Part shown: piece by piece, positions 26,088 through 32,000 of the stretch
Position numbering within the stretch: the first letter of the stretch is position 1
Layout of the letters: each line of letters begins with the position of its first letter
NCBI GenBank assembly: GCA_964007875.1
Contig: CAXGAH010000011.1
Span: 25,495 to 57,494, forward strand
Direction of reading: 5' to 3'
Length of the DNA: 32,000 bases
Origin: an uncultured Balneolaceae bacterium
GTDB taxonomy: Bacteria; Bacteroidota; Rhodothermia; Balneolales; Balneolaceae
The notes under the pieces: model-generated
Databases searched by the model: none
Told to the model about the DNA's origin: nothing
The model's input: only the letters and a program-made list of their open reading frames with translations
Program-made: the position numbers and the translations under genes

Positions 26088-26921
26088 TTAAGCGTCTTCG
26101 CCTAATTGAATTCGATGGAAGGATACAACAAGAGGTGCGTTGTTATCCTGTAAATATTTTTTAACAGACAAGCTATTATCCTTCACAAATTTTTGATTCA
26201 GAAGAACTAGCTCTTCATAAAAGCGTCGTAGCTTACCTTTTGCAGCTTTTTCCGCTATTTCTTCTGGTTTACCTTCATTGATAAGAAGTTCTTTGGCTAT
26301 TTCCAATTCTTTCTCTACAACAGAGGCGTCAACTTCAGCTTCAGTGACGGCAATTGGCTTCATAGCTGCTACTTGCATCGCAATATCTTTGCCGATTTCT
26401 GGGTCGATAGAAGGTCCGTCGAATTCGACAAGTACGCCCAATTGATTACCTGGGTGAATGTAACTAACCATGGCGCCATCGGTGGTTGTAAGTATGGTCG
26501 TACTGATTTGGATTTTTTCTCCAATTTTACCCGTCATGTCTTGAAGATGATCGGCTATACTACGGCCGTCAATTTTAATAGCTAATAATGCCTCAACAGA
26601 CCCTGTGTCGTTGTCATAAGCTGCATTTAAGAAGGTATCAGCTTGTGCTTGAAAATCTTCGTTACGAGCTACAAAATCGGTTTCACAGTTAATCTCAATG
26701 GCCACTGCTTTTTTGGCGTCTTCACTAATTCGTGTGAGAATTAACCCTTCTTTGGCTTCACGATCGGCTCGCTTGTGAGCTACCTTTTGGCCTTTTTTTC
26801 TAAGAATCTCAACAGCACTGTCAAAATCACCCTCGGCTTCTGCCAAGGCTTTTTTACAGTCCATCATGCCTGCTCCGGTCATGTCTCTTAGCTTCTTTAC
26901 ATCTGTGGCAGAAATGCTCAT
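26088..26921 (-). CDS. tsf: translation elongation factor Ts
   Basis: The N-terminal UBA-like domain ATDVKKLRDMTGAGMMDCKKALAEAEGDFDSAVEILRKKG is followed by the EF-Ts core (INCETDFVARNEDF). Confidence 0.95.
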   Translation of the reverse strand: MSISATDVKKLRDMTGAGMMDCKKALAEAEGDFDSAVEILRKKGQKVAHKRADREAKEGLILTRISEDAKKAVAIEINCETDFVARNEDFQAQADTFLNAAYDNDTGSVEALLAIKIDGRSIADHLQDMTGKIGEKIQISTTILTTTDGAMVSYIHPGNQLGVLVEFDGPSIDPEIGKDIAMQVAAMKPIAVTEAEVDASVVEKELEIAKELLINEGKPEEIAEKAAKGKLRRFYEELVLLNQKFVKDNSLSVKKYLQDNNAPLVVSFHRIQLGEDA

Positions 26922-26965
26922 TTGTATGTCTCCAAGATTGAAAGTTTGGTGATTAAATTGGTGAA

Positions 26966-27898
26966 TTACGCTTTTTCTTCTGAAGCGCTGTCTTCGGTAG
27001 TCGCTTTATCTGAGGTATCTTCATTTGTAGAGATAGTTGCGTCTTCTGCCTTCTCAGAAGGTGCGTCTTGAGGTTCTAAGGTCTCAAGATTGCTGGTATC
27101 TTTTTTCTTGCGGCGAGAACGCAATTTGGTTTTAGGTTCTAGATCCTCATTAGAATCTTCTTTGGCATCCATGGCTAGTTCTTCCATATATGCTTCTTCT
27201 TCATATGCTTCACGTTCAGCCGATCCTTCGATAATGGCGTCGGCTACCTGTGAGGTTACTAGCTGAATAGTTCGTGCAGAATCGTCATTACACGGAACAA
27301 TGTAATCAGGAACATCAGGATCACTGTTAGTATCTACCATGGCAATAATAGGAATGTGCAGTTTAATGGCTTCACTTACTGCTAAATGTTCTTTCTGAAT
27401 ATCTACGACAAAAATAGCACCTGGTAGGCGGTTCATGTTGGCAATACCACCGAGTGTATTTTCAAGTTTTTCTTGCTCACGAGAAAGCATAAGTCGCTCT
27501 TTTTTGGTGAGCTCGTCAAATGTACCATCTGTTTTCATACGCTCGATTTCTTCCATACGAGAAATACTTTTTCTAACGGTAGTAAAATTGGTTAACATAC
27601 CGCCTAACCAACGGTGTGTTACATAAGGCATTCCAGATCTAACCGCTTCATTACGAATTATTTCGGTCGACTGTTTTTTAGTACCTACAAATAAAATAGT
27701 TTTTCCAGCACGTGATAAATTCTGGATTTCGTCGATGGCTTCTTGAAGATAATTTTGTGTCTTCTTTAAATCGATGATATGGATCCCGTTGCGTTGCATA
27801 AAGATGAATTCTTTCATCTTGGGGTTCCATCGACGGGTTAAGTGACCAAAGTGGGCACCTGATTGAAGTAGTTCCTGAATGGAGGCTGCTTTAGGCAT
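26966..27898 (-). CDS. rpsB: 30S ribosomal protein S2 with a long acidic C-terminal tail
   Basis: [36 protein letters not shown] and [12 protein letters not shown] are present. The roughly 85-aa C-terminal extension is rich in E/D/S/K. Confidence 0.95.
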   Translation of the reverse strand: MPKAASIQELLQSGAHFGHLTRRWNPKMKEFIFMQRNGIHIIDLKKTQNYLQEAIDEIQNLSRAGKTILFVGTKKQSTEIIRNEAVRSGMPYVTHRWLGGMLTNFTTVRKSISRMEEIERMKTDGTFDELTKKERLMLSREQEKLENTLGGIANMNRLPGAIFVVDIQKEHLAVSEAIKLHIPIIAMVDTNSDPDVPDYIVPCNDDSARTIQLVTSQVADAIIEGSAEREAYEEEAYMEELAMDAKEDSNEDLEPKTKLRSRRKKKDTSNLETLEPQDAPSEKAEDATISTNEDTSDKATTEDSASEEKA

Positions 27899-28104
27899 GA
27901 TATATTGTATTAGGTTATTCCTCTGTGTGGATCAACTCTTTAAACCTATTAGCAGAGTTAAATTGTTGAATAAACAACTCTATCTGTTAACACCTAGTTA
28001 AAGATCACCACACATGTGTTTTTGTGTGTTGAGCTGAGCTCTAATCGCAAAAATCAACCAGTAGAATATAGAATTTGTACAGGCTAATTAATGTTATGTT
28101 CTGG

Positions 28105-28491
28105 TTATCGTTTACTGAATTGGAAACGTTTACGCGCCTTTGGTTGTCCGTATTTCTTACGCTCAACCATGCGACTGTCGCGTGTTAGAAGCCCATGCTC
28201 TTTTAGACGTGAGTGCATGCCTTCTTGTTCCCCATCGATGGCACGTGCAAGTGCATGCTGTATAGCGCCAGCTTGTCCTGCCTTTCCCCCACCTCGTACG
28301 GTAACTTTGATGTCGAATTGTCCATCCATTTCAGTAATGTGCATCGGTGAAAGAGCAATATTACGCATAGCTTTTACCGGTAGATATTCTTCGATGGGTA
28401 CGTTGTTAACGATAAATACACCTGTTCCTGGCTTAACGTATAAGCGAGCAGTAGAGGTTTTTCTTCGTCCTAGATAATTTGCTTGGGCCAT
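28105..28491 (-). CDS. rpsI: 30S ribosomal protein S9
   Basis: YLGRRKTSTARLYVKPGTG, GGGKAGQAGAIQHALARA and the C-terminal RDSRMVERKKYGQPKARKRFQFSKR are present. Confidence 0.95.
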   Translation of the reverse strand: MAQANYLGRRKTSTARLYVKPGTGVFIVNNVPIEEYLPVKAMRNIALSPMHITEMDGQFDIKVTVRGGGKAGQAGAIQHALARAIDGEQEGMHSRLKEHGLLTRDSRMVERKKYGQPKARKRFQFSKR

Positions 28492-28497
28492 GATAGT

Positions 28498-28941
28498 TTA
28501 GAGCTCTACAATTTCAGGATTCTGTGCAGTATGCTGATGAACAGGACCGGCATACACACGTAGATTTTTTAAAATTTTTCTACCCAATTTGTTTTTTGGT
28601 AACATGCCTTTGACAGCCATAGTAACCAATGATGTTGGGTTTTTTGCCATTTTTGCTTCGGCACTTGTAAATCGCTCACCACCTGGATAAAAAGTGTGGT
28701 GGAAGTACATCTTGTCCGTCATTTTTTTGCCGGTCAATTTTACTTTTTCAGCATTAATTACAATAACATTATCGCCTGTATCCATATGAGGAGTAAAAGT
28801 AGGTTTATTTTTGCCACGTAAAATTGACGCAACTATACTACTCAGTCGTCCTAATGGTTGGTCTTCGGCGTCCACTAAAACCCAGTTCTTATCGATATCA
28901 CTGGCTTTAGCTGAGTATGTTTTGAAACTTAAAGTATCCAC
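28498..28941 (-). CDS. rplM: 50S ribosomal protein L13
   Basis: KNWVLVDAEDQPLGRLSSIVASILRGKNKPTFTPH, GDNVIVINAEK and MLPKNKLGR are present. I placed the start at the GTG at 28939-28941, giving MDTLSFKTYSAK..., the usual Bacteroidota-type L13 N-terminus. The 23 upstream codons in the track ORF are probably untranslated. Confidence 0.88.
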   Translation of the reverse strand: MDTLSFKTYSAKASDIDKNWVLVDAEDQPLGRLSSIVASILRGKNKPTFTPHMDTGDNVIVINAEKVKLTGKKMTDKMYFHHTFYPGGERFTSAEAKMAKNPTSLVTMAVKGMLPKNKLGRKILKNLRVYAGPVHQHTAQNPEIVEL

Positions 28942-29112
28942 AGTATTTGTGTTTAGTTGCTTTTTTAGAAAGGCATAAAAATTACGGGAAAAAAAACTAC
29001 TTATCAACAATTATAATTATAAAGCTGTATGAAAGATACTTTTCTTAGTTAGCGTTAGATAATTAAATGGAATCAGCAATATAATTTATCAATTTATGGC
29101 CTATTGCATTAG

Positions 29113-30216
29113 TATACTCAGTCTTTACTTATTAAACAGTCGAGTTTTTTCGATACAAATGGCTTACACAGCCTTATCATAAGGGTAAACCGTGTAAAAT
29201 CTGGAGTTATTCGGGTTGAAGGGGTTCGAAGTGACACCATTGAATATGTGCTATTATACAAAGGTATACCTGCCCAACTTCGAGCTATACCCGCTGCGGG
29301 ATACCGGTTTGCGCGTTGGGAGGGTCTTAGTCAATCCAACAGCGCTGGCATTTGAGTTACGCTTGACAAAAATAGTGAGATTCAGGCCATATTCGAGCCT
29401 ATTACATCCACACAAACCAGTGAGGTGGTCATTAACGAGATTCATTATAATGTTGCATTTACCCAGGATTCTGATGACTGGGCCGAATTACACAATCCTA
29501 ATGATTATGCGGTTGATATGAGTTATTGGTTTTTCTCAGATTCAGACGATGCGCATTGGTATTACTTTGCTCCAGGAAGTATGATGGCAGAAGGAGGTTT
29601 TCGGGTATTAGTACGAAAGCCAGAAGATTTTGCTGCAGCATATCCTACGGTCAGCGTGGCAGAAGGATCAATTGGATTTGGATTTGCTGGTTCTGGGGAG
29701 TTACTGCGACTATTCAATGCACAGGCACAGTTAGTAGATTCAGTCCGATATGACGATTAGTCTCCTTGGCCAACCGCTGCAGATGGGCAAGGAGCTAGTT
29801 TAGCCCTAGTGCATCCACTATTAGACAATGCTCAGGCTCGATTTTGGAGTGCTTCTGCAAATGGAGGAACTCCAGGGGAACCTAATTTAGACGTACTAGT
29901 GGCCAATGAATTGAACGAGAATCCCCTAAATAACACAGACCAACCATACCAAACTCAACTTGGCAACAATTACCCGTATCCGTTTAATCCTACCACAACA
30001 ATTCCCTTTAGTTTGGAAAAGGCTTCAAAGGTGAGACTAACCGTCTATGATATGCTAGGCCGTTCAGTACAGATAATAATCGATGAATATCGTTCAGCAG
30101 GGACACATGAAGTCCGTTTCAGTGCCGGTCTGGATAGGTTATCGAGTGGTTTATATATGTATAGTTTAGAGTTTGATGGTGAGCGAATAACAAAAACAAT
30201 GCTACTTATAAAGTAA
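29113..30216 (+). pseudogene. decayed secreted-protein gene: Ig-like repeat, lamin-tail domain (LTD) and T9SS type A C-terminal sorting domain; 5'-truncated with two in-frame stops
   Basis: A single frame reads ...VKSGVIRVEGVRSDTIEYVLLYKGIPAQLRAIPAAGYRFARWEGLSQSNSAGI, then TGA (29353-29355). It continues VTLDKNSEIQAIFEPITSTQTSEVVINEIHYN...DDWAELHNPNDYAVDMSYWFFSD...GELLRLFNAQAQLVDSVRYDD, then TAG (29758-29760). It then reads SPWPTAADGQGASLALVHPLLDN...GGTPGEPN, then NYPYPFNPTTTIPFSL...VRLTVYDMLGRSV...GLYMYSLEFDGERITKTMLLIK (T9SS CTD). There is no start codon or signal peptide. The frame is closed by TAG at 29110-29112, only about 170 bp from rplM. Confidence 0.6.
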
Positions 30217-30373
30217 GCCGCACGAAAAGGTAGGTTGGACTTCCCCAAATAGGGAAAAAATTCGTACATTTATATTCTGTAATGGGTAAGCATGGGCTTG
30301 AATAAATGCGGATGCTAGCCTCTTACCATTTTATCATCACATACATCCAACACATTCACAAAAAGACTCCTAA

Positions 30374-32000
30374 ATGAGCGATTTTAAGAACACAAGAGTA
30401 GCATTTGAAACAGGAAATGGCACAGCACATATGTTTAGTCTGTCCAAACTAAAAGAGATGGGCTATGAGGGAGTTGATAGGCTGCCATTTTCAATAAAAA
30501 TATTATTGGAAGCGGTGCTGCGTGAGTATGATGATTATCTAGTCACAGCAAAAGACATTGAAACACTGGCCAATTATGCGCCTGAAAATCCACAGGGAGA
30601 AATACCATTTAAGCCTTCCAGAGTAGTGCTTCAAGACTTCACAGGGGTCCCTGCAGTAGTTGATTTAGCCGCTCTTCGCTCCGCAATTAAGCGTATGGGT
30701 GGAAACCCTGAAGCCATAAACCCCCAAGTACCTGTTGATTTAGTTATTGATCACTCAGTTCAGGTAGATATGTTTGGGCAAGAATTTGCGTTCATGCATA
30801 ATGTCGAAAAAGAAATGGAGCGCAACCGAGAGCGATATGAGTTTTTAAAATGGGGTCAAAAGGCTTTCGATAATTTTCGAGTGGTACCTCCTGGGCGAGG
30901 AATTGTACACCAAGTGAACCTGGAATATTTAGCGAGAGGAATATTTACAAGAACAGAGGAAGATGGGTCCATTACTGCGTATCCAGATACTTTGGTAGGA
31001 ACTGATTCACATACTACAATGATTAATGGTCTTGGAATATTAGGATGGGGCGTTGGAGGTATTGAGGCGGAAGCAGCTATGCTAGGACAACCTATTAGCA
31101 TGTTAGTTCCAGAGGTAGTAGGGATGAAATTAACAGGGAAGCTTAGAGAGGGCGTTACGGCAACTGATTTAACGCTAACTGTCACCCAGATGCTTCGTAA
31201 GCATGGTGTAGTAGGAAAATTTGTCGAGTTTTATGGTGAAGGAATTAGCAATATGAGTTTGCCTGACCGGGCGACCATAGCCAATATGGCGCCGGAATAT
31301 GGAGCCACCATGGGATTTTTCCCTATTGATCATGAATCCTTACGGTATATGCGGCGCACTGGACGATCAGAAGAACTGGTGCAACTTGTTGAGTACTATA
31401 ACAAAGCCCAGGGTTTATTCCGTACCGATGACACACTAGATCCTCACTTTACCAGCACGCTTGTGTTGGACTTAAGTACGGTTGAAACCTCGCTTGCAGG
31501 CCCAAAATTACCACATGATCGAATAACATTAGGTAATATGAAGCGTACTTTTGAGGCGGCTTTAACGAGCGGCAATCCCACGATGGGCTTTGCTCTAGCT
31601 CAAGATCAGCTAGCTAACAAAGCGATGTACCGCAATGGCCAAGATATTGAAATGAAACATGGTGATGTAGTGATTGCTGCAATAACCAGTTGTACAAACA
31701 CCTCCAACCCAAGTGTTATGTTGGGAGCAGGTATTGTCGCCAAGAAAGCAGTAGAACGAGGCTTGAAAGTGCCAGCATATGTCAAAACCTCATTGGCACC
31801 TGGCTCCCGAGTCGTGACGGAATATTTGAATGAAGCTGGACTAACTGAATACTTGGACACCTTAGGTTTTAATCTAGTAGGCTACGGTTGTACTACCTGT
31901 ATTGGGAATTCAGGGCCACTTCCTGCCCCCGTAGAAAAGGCGGTCAAGGAAGGTGATTTGATTGTAGCAGGAGTGTTATCTGGAAACCGAAACTTCGAAG
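30374..32000 (+). CDS. acnA: aconitate hydratase AcnA (3' end beyond the window)
   Basis: An ATG at 30374 opens a frame that runs to the window end (542 codons). It is absent from the ORF track because it has no stop. The sequence reads [21 protein letters not shown]...[14 protein letters not shown]...[17 protein letters not shown]...[12 protein letters not shown]...[14 protein letters not shown]...[13 protein letters not shown]...[12 protein letters not shown]...[12 protein letters not shown], including the Fe-S cluster Cys ligands. Confidence 0.95.
   Translation, partial: MSDFKNTRVAFETGNGTAHMFSLSKLKEMGYEGVDRLPFSIKILLEAVLREYDDYLVTAKDIETLANYAPENPQGEIPFKPSRVVLQDFTGVPAVVDLAALRSAIKRMGGNPEAINPQVPVDLVIDHSVQVDMFGQEFAFMHNVEKEMERNRERYEFLKWGQKAFDNFRVVPPGRGIVHQVNLEYLARGIFTRTEEDGSITAYPDTLVGTDSHTTMINGLGILGWGVGGIEAEAAMLGQPISMLVPEVVGMKLTGKLREGVTATDLTLTVTQMLRKHGVVGKFVEFYGEGISNMSLPDRATIANMAPEYGATMGFFPIDHESLRYMRRTGRSEELVQLVEYYNKAQGLFRTDDTLDPHFTSTLVLDLSTVETSLAGPKLPHDRITLGNMKRTFEAALTSGNPTMGFALAQDQLANKAMYRNGQDIEMKHGDVVIAAITSCTNTSNPSVMLGAGIVAKKAVERGLKVPAYVKTSLAPGSRVVTEYLNEAGLTEYLDTLGFNLVGYGCTTCIGNSGPLPAPVEKAVKEGDLIVAGVLSGNRNFE

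Noticed and set aside
28091-28477. 128-aa plus-strand ORF exactly mirroring rpsI
   Set aside because: It is a shadow ORF antisense to a highly conserved ribosomal protein gene. Its Cys/Arg/Pro-rich composition is typical of antisense translation, and no motif is present.
29216-29753. Track ORFs 29216-29521 (101 aa) and 29526-29753 (75 aa)
   Set aside because: They are alternative frames over the LTD/T9SS relic. Only the frame containing VVINEIHYN...PWPTAADG shows domain similarity.
29353-29760. Possibility that the in-frame TGA and TAG reflect a reassigned genetic code or selenocysteine/pyrrolysine
   Set aside because: Other well-supported genes in the window terminate with TGA (PorV-like gene, sufE) and TAG (folP, FliG-like gene) at the expected protein ends. 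The standard code therefore applies. No SECIS-like context was noted.
30856-31860. Minus-strand ORFs (109 and 84 aa) in the last 1.2 kb
   Set aside because: They lie antisense to the acnA reading frame, which is unambiguous but missing from the track because it has no stop in the window.
1-32000. CRISPR arrays, tRNA/rRNA genes, IS elements or integrases
   Set aside because: No regularly spaced direct repeats, cloverleaf-capable GC-rich segments, transposase or integrase ORFs, or terminal inverted repeats were seen in any intergenic region.

Overview
About 40% GC bacterial chromosome. The gene content (a T9SS C-terminal sorting domain, a PorV/PorQ-like protein, a Bacteroidota-type L13 N-terminus MDTLSFKT) points to a Bacteroidota, Balneolota or Rhodothermota-like organism; this lineage call is inference. 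Most of the window is ordinary core genome. It holds a TonB-dependent receptor, PorV-like protein and NHL lipoprotein trio, then fdxA, folP, cdaA, sufE, meaB plus methylmalonyl-CoA mutase, smc, and the conserved frr-pyrH-tsf-rpsB and rpsI-rplM blocks. A 3'-truncated acnA runs off the window end and is missing from the supplied ORF track. The standout is a tightly packed five-gene minus-strand operon (10579-15823). It encodes (1) a 642-aa protein with FliF-like topology (N-terminal hydrophobic segment, about 225-aa periplasmic part, one TM) fused to a full-length FliG-like cytoplasmic module, (2) a signal-peptide OM beta-barrel protein, (3) a TPR lipoprotein, (4) a four-TM MotA/PomA homologue and (5) a MotB homologue with the channel Asp and an OmpA-like peptidoglycan-binding domain. 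No other flagellar gene is in the window, so this looks like an orphan envelope-spanning rotor/stator-like machine. Other points of interest are a Y-family polymerase, orphan ORF and SRAP peptidase cluster, and a LOV-like PAS protein lacking the adduct-forming Cys. There are also two decayed gene relics (an NPP/alkaline-phosphatase fragment and a lamin-tail/T9SS-CTD gene with two in-frame stops), two DnaA-box-like 9-mers in the AT-rich region upstream of the motor operon, and two clear rho-independent terminators. No CRISPR array, rRNA, tRNA or recognisable mobile element was seen.
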